DNA of 18,380 nt from Spirochaetota bacterium (GCA_050298055.1 JBNKTL010000031.1:39658-58037), one strand, 5' to 3'; positions 1 to 9,822 are shown, counted from the first letter of the stretch. Notes: a model not told the origin generated them from the sequence alone. Program-made: numbers and translations.

Positions 1-1026
1 GCACCGCAGGCGCAACCAATTCTTTCAGCGGAAATATCATTTGGCAAATTACCTGAAGAGCTTGGGCTGAAAGGATGTAGAGATAATGTAGTTTGCAATG
101 CCGGTGGCGCATCTACTACCAACTGTTTGCGTATGGCGGAGCAATGGATAACAAGTGGTGTTGCAAAGGCCGTGCTTATTCCTCATGTTACGGTACATTC
201 AACAATACCCCTGCCGGAAGTGGTGAATTTTTTCGCACAGGCGGGAGTCGACATGCAGTGGGAATATCCTTTCGGTTCCACATACAATATTATCATGGGT
301 CTCATTGCCAACAGGTTTATGTATGAATCCGGATGTACTCCGGAAGAAATGGCATCTGTGGTAACAGCCTTAAGAAGCTGGGCATCGAAAGATCCCAATT
401 CAATATTCTACAACAAGGATGCTCCGTCGGTGGAGAAGGTTTTATCGTCAGATATACTCAATACACCTTTGCACAAGCGTGAAAGTAACATCCTGGCTGA
501 TGGCGGATGCGCAATGGTTGTCGTTTCCGCAGAGGATGCCAAAAAAATGGATGTGCCCGCAGCGTATAAACTTGGCGAATCGGCCCGTTACTTCAGCGGC
601 ACACCGGTTCTTCGGGATTTTAGTGTGGTGGAAGATGGCCTCGCGGTTACAGCCAAGGAAGCCATGAATGAAGCCGGTATCACAAAGGATGATGTCAGTA
701 TCTGGAACTGTTACCTTGCCTATCCTCTTGCACATCCCCTGATGGCTGAACTCCTCGAGGTGGCGCCGAAAGGGCAGGGGGGTAAGTATTTTCTTGAGGG
801 GAGGATGTCCTTTGGGGGGGATATCCCCTGGTCAACCATCGGTGACGCTCCGGGAAGGGGACACACCGGTTCCGGTGTCAGTGCCGCCACATATGTGGAG
901 ACAGCCCGGCAGCTCATGGGAAAGGCCGGAGAGCGGCAGGTGAAAGACTGTAAATATGTATACCAGAATACCAGCGGAGGTTCGGGAATGAACAATATAG
1001 CGACTATCTGGGGGAGGGAAATATAA
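1..1026 (+). CDS. Thiolase-fold protein (SCP-x/Ltp2-like, non-canonical), 5' end outside the window
   Basis: Frame 1 is open from base 1 (APQAQ...VVCNAGGASTTNCLRM...). Thiolase-type motifs ADGGCAMVV and GRGHTG. Stop TAA overlaps the ATG of a DUF35 gene. Confidence 0.85.
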   Translation, partial: APQAQPILSAEISFGKLPEELGLKGCRDNVVCNAGGASTTNCLRMAEQWITSGVAKAVLIPHVTVHSTIPLPEVVNFFAQAGVDMQWEYPFGSTYNIIMGLIANRFMYESGCTPEEMASVVTALRSWASKDPNSIFYNKDAPSVEKVLSSDILNTPLHKRESNILADGGCAMVVVSAEDAKKMDVPAAYKLGESARYFSGTPVLRDFSVVEDGLAVTAKEAMNEAGITKDDVSIWNCYLAYPLAHPLMAELLEVAPKGQGGKYFLEGRMSFGGDIPWSTIGDAPGRGHTGSGVSAATYVETARQLMGKAGERQVKDCKYVYQNTSGGSGMNNIATIWGREI

Positions 1027-1439
1027 TGAATTTTGATATGACAAAACCGGTGCCATTGACACAGCCATGGTCAGAAAAGTTCTGGGAAGGAACCAGGGAA
1101 GGGAAATTACTCATCCAGACATGTAAGGATTGCGGTGCAAATATTTTTTATCCCCGCAAGTTCTGTCCCGAATGCTGGTCGGATAACCTTGATTGGATCG
1201 AATCCAGCGGCAGGGGAATAGTACATACATTCACCACAGCTTACAGCATGGTTGAGCCCCGCTTTATGGATGAGCTCCCCTATACCATCGCCTTCGTGGA
1301 CCTGGAAGAGGGGATAAGGATGATGACCCGTATTGTTGAATGTGATCCGAATGACATCAGGATAGGTATGGATGTTGAAGTGACTTTTTTCCAGAGGGAA
1401 GATTTCTATCTGCCCTATTTTAAACCTGTGGTAAAGTGA
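1026..1439 (+). CDS. DUF35-family Zn-ribbon/OB-fold protein (ChsH2 C-terminal-like)
   Basis: FWEG...LLIQTCKDCG...YPRKFCPEC zinc ribbon, then PY..AFVDLEEG.RMMTRIV OB-fold. Translationally coupled to the thiolase-fold gene. Confidence 0.9.
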   Translation: MNFDMTKPVPLTQPWSEKFWEGTREGKLLIQTCKDCGANIFYPRKFCPECWSDNLDWIESSGRGIVHTFTTAYSMVEPRFMDELPYTIAFVDLEEGIRMMTRIVECDPNDIRIGMDVEVTFFQREDFYLPYFKPVVK

Positions 1440-1448
1440 GGAAGCGCC

Positions 1449-2276
1449 ATGAATGATTATGAGACAATCCTCTATGAAATCAAAGAATCAGTCTGTTATA
1501 TCACTTTGAACAGGGAGGATAAAAAGAATGCTATCAACAGGGAGATGGCTGCGGAACTTCTCGATGCCTTCCGCAAAGTACGCGGTGAAAGCCAGATCGG
1601 TGTTGTAGTTCTTTCCGGCGCCGGGAAAACATTCTGTGCCGGCGGAGATCTTTCGGTATTCCCGTCGCTTGCGGAACACCAGAATTCACTCAACTGGCTT
1701 GCCCGCGAGGGGTATGACATCAACAAGGCAATCGAACAATGTGAGAAGGCGGTGGTGGTAAAAGTCAGTGGCTACTGCCTGGCCGGCGGCATGGAGCTGG
1801 CTCTAATGTGTGATTTGATATACGCATGCGAATCAGCCAGGTTCGGGTTTACTGAGATTAACATGGGGATACTCCCCGGGTGGGGAGGAACCGCGCGTAT
1901 CGCGCGTTCTATGCCGGTCTTCAGGGCGCGAGAAATACTCTACAGCGGCAGGAAAGACTACCCGGCGAAGGAGATATACGAAATGGGTCTTCTTACCCGG
2001 GTGTTTCCCGATGAGTCCTTCGAGAAGGACTTTGAGTCGGTTGTTGCGAACCTGGCAACCAAGAAGCCGATAGCAGTAAGAATGGGAAAGGAAGTCATGG
2101 CGAAATCCCTGGAATGCGGAAGCATAGACGCGGCACTGGCCATAGAAAGGAACGCCATCCAATGGCTGGTATATGAGCCCGGCGTCCAGTCCATCATGGA
2201 CAATTTCAGGAAGAAACCGGAGGACCTGGTGAATTCGCAGAAAGAAGCAAATATCGCGTCTGATGTGAAAAAATAA
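1449..2276 (+). CDS. Enoyl-CoA hydratase/isomerase (crotonase family)
   Basis: ITLNR..KKNAIN, FCAGGDL, GYCLAGGMELALMCD and FTEINMGILPGWGG; both catalytic Glu positions present. Confidence 0.92.
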   Translation: MNDYETILYEIKESVCYITLNREDKKNAINREMAAELLDAFRKVRGESQIGVVVLSGAGKTFCAGGDLSVFPSLAEHQNSLNWLAREGYDINKAIEQCEKAVVVKVSGYCLAGGMELALMCDLIYACESARFGFTEINMGILPGWGGTARIARSMPVFRAREILYSGRKDYPAKEIYEMGLLTRVFPDESFEKDFESVVANLATKKPIAVRMGKEVMAKSLECGSIDAALAIERNAIQWLVYEPGVQSIMDNFRKKPEDLVNSQKEANIASDVKK

Positions 2277-2344
2277 ATATTCATCAGGGGATGTAAGGAG
2301 CGCCTCACTTCCCCCTATTGATAACTGATACAGGAGTAGAAACT

Positions 2345-3508
2345 ATGAACTTCGGATTAACAGATGAGCAGATGATCATTCAGGATACATTTAAGGCGTT
2401 TTGCCAGAAGGAACTTTCCTGGGAATATGTCAGATGGATGGATGAGAATGTTGATTTCCCCCCCGATGAACTGTGGCAGAAATTCGTGGAGATGGGGATA
2501 TTCAGCGCGGCGGTGCCGGAAGAATATGGCGGGCAGGGGCTCGGCATTATCGAAAATATGCTGGTCTTCGAACAGATCTGTAAAAGATCAATGTCGGTAG
2601 CCCTGGCAGTCGGTGTCACCAGCGGTTTCGGTGTCCGGTTTATCGCTGAATTGGGCACAAAGGAGCAGAAGGAGAAATACCTGCCGCTAATCGCGGAGGG
2701 CAAATACAAGACCTGCATGGCCCTCACAGAGCCGTCAGGGGGTACAGACATACTGGGAGCTCTTTCTACCACCGCTGTTGAGAAGAGCGACCGTTTCGTT
2801 ATAAACGGTCAGAAGGTCTTTATAACCGGCGCCCACGTGGCGGATGGACTCATGACAGTATGTAAAACGGAAAAAGATGCCAGGAAATCACAGTCATGGA
2901 CAAGTTTTATCGTCCCGGGGGACGCAAAGGGTATAACCATAAATAAAATCAGTAAAATCAGCTGTCACCATTGTGAGTCGGTTGAGATCTTTTTCGATAA
3001 TGTCGAAGTGCCAAAGGAAAACATGCTTGGTACTCGTGGCAATGCTTACATGGAAATCATGACCGTGCTGAACCCGGAGCGGATCGGTGTTGCCATGATG
3101 GGTGTGGGGATCATTGCCGCTATCTATGAAGCGTGTATGCAATATGTACAGGAAAGGGAAGCGTTTGGCGGGCCCATAAGCCGGTTCCAGATTCTGCAGA
3201 ACTACCTGGCAGACATGTACATAAACCTGGAAAATTCCAGAAACCTCACCTACAAATCAGCCTGGCTTTGTGATAGCGGAAAGCCTTATCACCTTGAAGC
3301 AACCATGGCCAAGCTTGTAGCGGCGGAAGGCGCGAGGCATGCCGGGACATTCGGTTCCGAAATATTTGGAGGATACGGGATCTGTACTGAGTATCCTGTG
3401 TCTATGTTCCTGCGGGACGCTTACCAGATGCAGTTCTCACCGATATCCAACGAGATGAGCCGGAACATGCTGATGCAGTTCCAGGGGCTCCCTAAATCAT
3501 GGTCATAA
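2345..3508 (+). CDS. Acyl-CoA dehydrogenase
   Basis: MNFGLTDEQ start with AGGAG RBS (ATG 2345 preferred over TTG 2318). Motifs PEEYGGQG, ALTEPSGGTD, INGQKVFIT, REAFGGPI..FQ, FGGYG. Confidence 0.93.
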   Translation: MNFGLTDEQMIIQDTFKAFCQKELSWEYVRWMDENVDFPPDELWQKFVEMGIFSAAVPEEYGGQGLGIIENMLVFEQICKRSMSVALAVGVTSGFGVRFIAELGTKEQKEKYLPLIAEGKYKTCMALTEPSGGTDILGALSTTAVEKSDRFVINGQKVFITGAHVADGLMTVCKTEKDARKSQSWTSFIVPGDAKGITINKISKISCHHCESVEIFFDNVEVPKENMLGTRGNAYMEIMTVLNPERIGVAMMGVGIIAAIYEACMQYVQEREAFGGPISRFQILQNYLADMYINLENSRNLTYKSAWLCDSGKPYHLEATMAKLVAAEGARHAGTFGSEIFGGYGICTEYPVSMFLRDAYQMQFSPISNEMSRNMLMQFQGLPKSWS

Positions 3509-3527
3509 AAAAAAATGGAGGAAAGTT

Positions 3528-5090
3528 ATGTATACACTTGGTGATCTACCCCGGAACGGGGCAACATTTTATCCCGATAGCACAGCCGTTGTTTATGATG
3601 ATACACGTCTGACATACCGGGAATTCAACAATCGCATTAATCGTTTTGCCAATGCACTGGTAAAAGGAGGATACAAGAAAGGTGACCGTATCTGTGTCAT
3701 GGCGGATAACTGCTCAAAGTACCTTGAAGTATATTTCGGCGCGGCAAAGATCGGCGTGTGCGTAACACCGATTAACATCCGGCTGGAAGAAAAGGAACTC
3801 GTCTACATCATTAATCACTGTGAAGCCACCATGTTTGTTGTCGGTGACGGTCTTGAAGAACGTGCGGCATCCATGAAAGACAAGCTGAGCAGCATAAAGG
3901 AATGGATTTCCCTGGATAACCCGGTTGAGGGGTTTCAGGATTATGAGAAGCTCCTGGCAGGTTCGTCCGACGAGGAACCGGACCAGGATATCCATGACGT
4001 TCAGGAGGATGATCTTGCGGTCCTTATGTACACCGGGGGCACCACGGGGCTCCCCAAGGGCGTCATGCTGAACCATCGGAATTGTATGCTGTCCGGATTG
4101 ACAGCAGCCATCGGTATGGAATTTACCAGGCGGGATTCCACCTGCTACGTGCTCCCTGTCTTCCACGTTTCATGGTGGCCCATTCTCGCCATATTTTTTG
4201 TTTATGGGAAGGTCTGTATCAACAGGAAACCGAACCTTGCTAAAATTTTTGAGCTGATCCAGAACGAGAAGTGCACACACATCAATCTCGTCCCCACCAT
4301 ATACGGCTGGCTTGTAGATAATCCCGATGTCGGGAAGTATGACCTGTCCAGTCTGCGTATCTGCTCTTATGCGGGAAGCCCGTTCCCCACTGAAGTGCTT
4401 AAGAAGTGCATCAGGAAGTTCGGGAATATATTCGCGCAGGGATACGGCGCCACTGAAACTGCAGGTGCCGCCATAGGGATGCTGGGGGAGGAAGACCATT
4501 TCCTTGACGGACCAAAATCAAAATACCTGACAAGTGCCGGGAAGCCCTCTCCCTGTTCACGGGTGAAAATCGTGGATGACAAAGGCAATACTCTGAAACC
4601 CGGTGAGAGGGGGGAGATATGCGCGAAGGGAAAGCACATCATGATGGGTTACTGGAAAAACCCGGAGGCCAACAAAGCCGCCCTTGTGGATGGATGGTAC
4701 CATACCGGTGACATCGGTTATATGGATGAAAAGGGGTTTATTTTCATGACTGACCGGAAGGCCGATATGATCATCACCGGGGGAGAAAACGTTTACCCCG
4801 CCGAGGTCGAGAATGTAATCTACGAACATCCTTCCGTCCTTGAATGCTCGGTTGTTTCGGCTCCCAGTGACAAATGGGGGGAGATCGTCCAGGCTGTTGT
4901 TGTCATCAGACCCGGTGAAACCGTAACGGAAGATGAAATAATCGAGCATTGCAAGAAGGGCCTTGCCGGATACAAATGCCCGAAAGCTGTGGCCTTCTGG
5001 GAATCAATCCCCAAGACCGTTGTCGGTAAGATTATCAAGAAGGATATCAAGGCCAAATTCTGGGAAGGGCATAACAGAACTATAAGTTAA
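3528..5090 (+). CDS. Long-chain acyl-CoA synthetase / AMP-binding CoA ligase
   Basis: YTGGTTGLPKG AMP-binding motif, GYGATE, GWYHTGD, DRKADMIITGGENVYPAEVE. GGAGG RBS. Confidence 0.93.
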   Translation: MYTLGDLPRNGATFYPDSTAVVYDDTRLTYREFNNRINRFANALVKGGYKKGDRICVMADNCSKYLEVYFGAAKIGVCVTPINIRLEEKELVYIINHCEATMFVVGDGLEERAASMKDKLSSIKEWISLDNPVEGFQDYEKLLAGSSDEEPDQDIHDVQEDDLAVLMYTGGTTGLPKGVMLNHRNCMLSGLTAAIGMEFTRRDSTCYVLPVFHVSWWPILAIFFVYGKVCINRKPNLAKIFELIQNEKCTHINLVPTIYGWLVDNPDVGKYDLSSLRICSYAGSPFPTEVLKKCIRKFGNIFAQGYGATETAGAAIGMLGEEDHFLDGPKSKYLTSAGKPSPCSRVKIVDDKGNTLKPGERGEICAKGKHIMMGYWKNPEANKAALVDGWYHTGDIGYMDEKGFIFMTDRKADMIITGGENVYPAEVENVIYEHPSVLECSVVSAPSDKWGEIVQAVVVIRPGETVTEDEIIEHCKKGLAGYKCPKAVAFWESIPKTVVGKIIKKDIKAKFWEGHNRTIS

Positions 5091-5124
5091 CTATTTTAAT
5101 TAAACTGTTTTAAGGAGAAAAATT

Positions 5125-6525
5125 ATGAGTTTTGACAAACTATTCGAACCCACAAGCATCGGTACCCTCGAGTTGAAGAACCGGATCGCCATGGCGCCGA
5201 TGAACATGGGATACACGGACCCCCTGGGATACCCCGGAGACCAGGTAATGGCCCATTACGCGGCACGTGCAAGGGGAGGATTTGGTCTTCTCATTACCGA
5301 AGCTGTTATGATTAATCCTCATGACTGGTACGGCGGTGATACAATGAATGTTTCACATCTCACTGACTACCGCTACTACAGGTTCTGGAGCAAGGTGGTT
5401 GAGACTGTCCACTCCTATGATAAATGCAAAATTGCTATTCAACTAAGCCCGGGATGGGGGAGGCAGGGACACCCGCCGGTGAGCAACCCCGCCGTATATC
5501 CTGCAGCCCCTTCGGCGGTACCGCTTCATATTGATGTGAGAAATGTCCTGAGCAACAAGGGATGGGCAACCCAGATCAAGAGGAATATCAAAGAAACGTC
5601 AGGCAATGATGCAAACTTTGATGAACTGCTTAAAATCCCCGACGAGGTGTATTACTCGGAAGACTTTCAGAGTAATCTGAAGAAAATGCTTTCGGCTACA
5701 GATCCTTTCCTTTATCATAACATCTTCCGTGAAGCCCCGCGGGAGATTACCATTGAAGAGATAAAAGAGCTGGAAGATCGAATGGCTTCACAGGCAGAAG
5801 CCGCGTTCCAGCTGGGATTTGATGCTGTGGAGATACACAGTCCCCACGGGTACCTGATCCACCAGTTCCTCTCACCGATTATGAACAAACGGGTCGATGA
5901 GTATGGGGGCAGTGTGGAGAACAGAGCCCGTTTTCTCACCAATATTATAGACAAGATTCGTAATAAGGTAGGCAAAAACAAAGCGGTTTGGTGCAGACTC
6001 AGCGGAGACGATCTGCAGCCGGGCGGAGCCTCACATGAAGACCAGTGCAAGGTGGCGTCATTGTGCAGGGATGCAGGAGTTGATGCCATTGATATCTCTC
6101 AGGGAAGTTATGCCACATCCGGCAGCACATTCGCATATCATGGTGAAGGAGATTTTACCAGGTGGGCGAAAGGATTTAAGGTGGCCACTGGTTTGCCTAC
6201 AATCGTTCCGAATTTCATGTCACCCGAAGAATGCGTAAAAGCCATAACAGAGCAATCTGTAGATATCGTTTCTCTCGGACGACAGTCAATAGCAGATCCG
6301 TTCTGGCCGGTAAAAGTTAAGGAAGGAAGGGTAAAGGACATTGTCAAATGTACCCGATGCCAGCAGTGCTACATGCATTTTATGCTGAACAAATGGCTCA
6401 CCTGTTCGGTGAACCCCACCGCCGGCAGGGAACGCAACTTCCCGGAACTCTGGCTGAATGGTTCAAAACTGGAGTCACGGGTGGAGAAGTTCAAGAAAAA
6501 GGCCTCAGGGCTCCCGCAAATCTGA
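5125..6525 (+). CDS. NADH:flavin oxidoreductase (Old Yellow Enzyme/2,4-dienoyl-CoA reductase-like TIM barrel with Fe-S motif)
   Basis: LKNRIAMAPM, GFDAVEIHSPHGYLIHQFLSP..NKR.DEYGGS.ENR, C-terminal CTRCQQC...CSVNP. AAGGAG RBS. Confidence 0.9.
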   Translation: MSFDKLFEPTSIGTLELKNRIAMAPMNMGYTDPLGYPGDQVMAHYAARARGGFGLLITEAVMINPHDWYGGDTMNVSHLTDYRYYRFWSKVVETVHSYDKCKIAIQLSPGWGRQGHPPVSNPAVYPAAPSAVPLHIDVRNVLSNKGWATQIKRNIKETSGNDANFDELLKIPDEVYYSEDFQSNLKKMLSATDPFLYHNIFREAPREITIEEIKELEDRMASQAEAAFQLGFDAVEIHSPHGYLIHQFLSPIMNKRVDEYGGSVENRARFLTNIIDKIRNKVGKNKAVWCRLSGDDLQPGGASHEDQCKVASLCRDAGVDAIDISQGSYATSGSTFAYHGEGDFTRWAKGFKVATGLPTIVPNFMSPEECVKAITEQSVDIVSLGRQSIADPFWPVKVKEGRVKDIVKCTRCQQCYMHFMLNKWLTCSVNPTAGRERNFPELWLNGSKLESRVEKFKKKASGLPQI

Positions 6526-6548
6526 TTATTGATAAATGGAGAGGAACA

Positions 6549-7568
6549 ATGGAAGATAATTATTTTAAGATAGATCCGGAATGTCATCTCATCGGCGATA
6601 TAGAGCCGGTAAACTATTTCCCGGGGGTCCAGATGTGGTGGCGCGCTATTGAGAATATCAGGCGCCCCCTTATGACCGGAACCCATCCGAAACTTCTCGG
6701 CAAATTCGTAGAGGGTATCGAGGAATGGGAACTGTCAAAGAATTCATCGCCGGAGAATATTATCCGTTCAATGGACAAGTACGGCGTAGACATCGCCTGT
6801 CTTCTGCCGGAGTCAATGATGGATACTACCGGCTACACCAGCCGGTGGTGTTCAAACGGGGAAATGGCCAGGATTGTGGAATCAAATCCTGACCGTTTCA
6901 TGTACCAGCCTAATATATCCCCGATAAAACAACGGGGAGTAAAAAACGCCATCTGGGAACTGGAGTACTGGGTAAAAGAAAAAGGGGCGAAGATATTCAA
7001 GTACTATTCTCCCGAAGACACTTACATGAACGATCCTGAACTGTGGCCTTTCTATGAGAAGGCTCAGGAACTGGGGATCGTCCTTGACCTGCACACCGGT
7101 ATGGTGTGGGTGCCGCCGGGAAAGAGTAAATACTGCCACCCGGAACAGATTGATGATATTGCCCGGGACTTCCCGGACCTGAAGATAAACGCGTTTCATA
7201 TGGGTTATCCATACGGTGACGTGCTCAACATGATTGCGCTGGGGCACCCCAATGTATATATCTGTATGAGTCTCCTGGTCCCCTGGGCCACTACCGCCCC
7301 TCGAAAATTCGCACGCCTTCTCGGGGAAGCCATGCGTTTTGTCGGTCCCGACCGGATTACCTGGGGAACGGATTATGCGGGCTTCAGCGCCCAGATCATG
7401 GGTGCCGTAAACGGTCTCTGTGAGTTCCAGATCCCTGAAGACATGCAGTTGGAATATGGTTATCAGCCGATAACAGATGAAGACCGGGCTAAGATGTTTG
7501 GCCTCAATCTGGCACGTCTGATGGGAATTGATACCTCCAAAAGAAGGATAAAGGAAAAAGTTAAATGA
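6549..7568 (+). CDS. Amidohydrolase_2-family metal-dependent hydrolase/decarboxylase
   Basis: Likely start ATG 6549 (GGAGAGG RBS, just after the OYE stop) rather than 6348. Motifs P.YEKAQELG..L.LHTG, FPDLKI..FHMG and DRITWGTDY. N-terminal metal motif reads DPECH. Confidence 0.85.
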   Translation: MEDNYFKIDPECHLIGDIEPVNYFPGVQMWWRAIENIRRPLMTGTHPKLLGKFVEGIEEWELSKNSSPENIIRSMDKYGVDIACLLPESMMDTTGYTSRWCSNGEMARIVESNPDRFMYQPNISPIKQRGVKNAIWELEYWVKEKGAKIFKYYSPEDTYMNDPELWPFYEKAQELGIVLDLHTGMVWVPPGKSKYCHPEQIDDIARDFPDLKINAFHMGYPYGDVLNMIALGHPNVYICMSLLVPWATTAPRKFARLLGEAMRFVGPDRITWGTDYAGFSAQIMGAVNGLCEFQIPEDMQLEYGYQPITDEDRAKMFGLNLARLMGIDTSKRRIKEKVK

Positions 7569-8035
7569 CCTTTAGAGGTCAAACAGTAAAAGGCGTTGTG
7601 TACGGCATCCTCGTTACTATTGCCGTCCTTATCTTCTATAATGATATTTCTAGAAATTGGTCCTACCTCTTCAATCCGTTTAATGGAGGGGTAGGGACCC
7701 GTTCGAAGAACAGCAGCGATATGACGGTGATTCTGCTGGGAACAGGAACAACGGTCAGAATTCATGGAAGATCGAGTCCTGCCGTGGCGATACTTACCGG
7801 TTCAAAGACCATCCTTTTTGATTGTGGAGGCGGTGTGGCGGGGCGGCTGGTTGATGCGGGGATCTCTCCGTCGAGGGTATCGGTTGTATTTATCACACAT
7901 CACCACTCGGACCATACTTCAGGCTTTACGGATCTCTTTGTCAGCGGATTGTCCGGTGGTCCTGAAACAATGAGAGAAATCTATCGAGGCAGGATGACCG
8001 TGGGAAGGGACCTCATGGAGTTTCAGGTACGGTAG
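7565..8035 (+). pseudogene. Metallo-beta-lactamase-fold (RNase Z/arylsulfatase-like) gene, apparently C-terminally truncated, with N-terminal hydrophobic anchor
   Basis: ILLGTG, LFDCGGG and FITHHHSDH motifs, but the ORF ends about 40 aa after HxHxDH, without the later metal ligands. Confidence 0.65.
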
Positions 8036-8068
8036 CGTGGTTAAGATGCTGATTTCCGGAGAATATGT

Positions 8069-8896
8069 ATGAGTGTAAAAGGAAAAACCGCCCTGGTAAC
8101 CGGAGCATCAAAAGGAATCGGCCGGGCTATTGCCCTTGCTCTCGGCAGAGCTGGGGTAAACGTTATCGTTACCGATGTACTCATGAGAAAAAGGGAAAAC
8201 AACAGGGATGAATTGAAAAGATTTGGCCCGCTGGTGAGTTACTTTGCAGAAAGCGATGCTGTTACAACAGAGTCTACTGCGGAAGAGATTAAGAAGATGG
8301 GAGTGAAAAGCGCGGCCATGAGAATGGATGTCACAGACAGGGAAGAGATAAAAAAGGTTATCAACACAGTAGAATCTGACTTTAACGGAGTGGATATACT
8401 TGTCAATAATGCCGCGCTGATGGATGTGATTGGAAAATTTGAGACCCAGGACCACTGGAGATGGATGAGCAGTATTGAGGTTAATATTGCCGGCGTTTTC
8501 AATTGTTCCCAGGCAGTGTGGAATCATATGATGACGAAAAAGTGGGGCAGAATAATAAACATATCTTCCATAACAGGGACCATGGGAGCGAAGGAGCATA
8601 CAAGCTACGGGGCTTCCAAAGCCGGTATCATAGGGTTTACAAAATCCCTGGCTCTGGAAGGAGGGAGATACAACATTACCGTCAATGCCGTATGTCCGGG
8701 ATTTATCGAAACCGAAACCGTTTCTCTCTATGATGAAACCATGAAGGAACGGATTGCCAGAAAAACCGTCTTTCACCGTCTTGGAAAACCGGAAGAGGTG
8801 GCATCATTGGTGCTCTTTCTCGCATCTGAAGATGCATCTTATATCACTGGTGCGGCTATCCCCATAGCTGGCGGGATTGATTTATTGAAATTTTAA
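8069..8896 (+). CDS. Short-chain dehydrogenase/reductase (FabG-like 3-oxoacyl reductase)
   Basis: TGASKGIG, DILVNNA, GRIINISS, YGASK catalytic motif, NAVCPGFIET. Confidence 0.92.
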   Translation: MSVKGKTALVTGASKGIGRAIALALGRAGVNVIVTDVLMRKRENNRDELKRFGPLVSYFAESDAVTTESTAEEIKKMGVKSAAMRMDVTDREEIKKVINTVESDFNGVDILVNNAALMDVIGKFETQDHWRWMSSIEVNIAGVFNCSQAVWNHMMTKKWGRIINISSITGTMGAKEHTSYGASKAGIIGFTKSLALEGGRYNITVNAVCPGFIETETVSLYDETMKERIARKTVFHRLGKPEEVASLVLFLASEDASYITGAAIPIAGGIDLLKF

Positions 8897-8958
8897 TATT
8901 AATATTCTTTGAATATCATTTGGTCTCTCAGTGTGTAGTAATCATATTATACGAATAA

Positions 8959-9801
8959 ATGAAGATAAAAGACAACCTAACCATATCAGAACTTTCCCGA
9001 ATCGCAGGAATTCCTGCCACAACTATACAATTTTATAGAAGGGAAGGACTTATTACAGCGCCGGTTAAAAGGGGGAAAACAAGAGCATACTACAATGAAG
9101 AACATATTTTACAGCTGGAAAGAATCAAACAGCTTCGTGAAGAAAATAAACTATCCATTAAAGAGATAAAAAAGACTTCAGAGTTTTTAAACATCATCAA
9201 GGCTAATAATAATTCTGAAGAAACTCCTTCCATCGACAGGAAAAACAGTATAATTGAAACCGTCATTGATTTATTCAGAAATAAAGCATACGATTCAATC
9301 AGCATTAACGATATTGTTGAAAAAGCAAATATCAGCAAAGCCACTTTCTACAAACATTTTTACAGTAAAGAAAATCTCTTTTATGAATGCGCTGACAGGG
9401 TATTCTATAATATTGATAAGGATTTAAAGGATCTGCTTAAAGAAAAAAATATAGTTGAACGACTTATCCTCAGGGCTACTGTTTTTGTCAGAAAGCACCA
9501 TCATATGATTGATATGCTGCATATTCTGCGAGGTGCATCACCCGGAGATGATTCAAAAAATAAAATCAAACTTAACCGGATAATGGAAAATCTGACAATG
9601 CCGATAGCCAGGGATCTTGAGGAAGGAGTAGAGCAGGGATTCTTCAGGGATATTGATACTACTATAGTTTCCCATCTGCTTATAGGGGCTGTGGAGTATG
9701 GCATTTATTTTTGTGAAGGGAAAAGTCCCGAAGAGATTGAAAAAAATATTGAGGATGGCTTAAGTATGATTTTACAAGGATTTAAGCATAACTCTTTATG
9801 A
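8959..9801 (+). CDS. MerR-HTH / TetR fusion transcriptional regulator
   Basis: N-terminal MerR HTH (TISELSRIAGIPATTIQFYRREGLI) followed by a TetR HTH (SINDIVEKANISKATFYKHFYSKENL) and a helical C-terminal domain. Confidence 0.85.
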   Translation: MKIKDNLTISELSRIAGIPATTIQFYRREGLITAPVKRGKTRAYYNEEHILQLERIKQLREENKLSIKEIKKTSEFLNIIKANNNSEETPSIDRKNSIIETVIDLFRNKAYDSISINDIVEKANISKATFYKHFYSKENLFYECADRVFYNIDKDLKDLLKEKNIVERLILRATVFVRKHHHMIDMLHILRGASPGDDSKNKIKLNRIMENLTMPIARDLEEGVEQGFFRDIDTTIVSHLLIGAVEYGIYFCEGKSPEEIEKNIEDGLSMILQGFKHNSL

Positions 9802-9822
9802 AAAGGTAAAGTCTATTTAATT

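Noticed and set aside
2286..2315. Intergenic hairpin between the hydratase and dehydrogenase genes as a terminator or riboswitch
   Set aside because: Imperfect stem with no T-tract and too short for a known riboswitch; at most an mRNA stability element.
6348..6548. N-terminal extension of the amidohydrolase in the ORF track
   Set aside because: It overlaps the OYE gene by about 180 bp; the RBS and family N-terminus point to ATG 6549.
8108..8776. 222-aa antisense ORF and the other short overlapping ORFs in the track
   Set aside because: They are shadows of well-supported genes on the opposite strand or in another frame, with no motifs.
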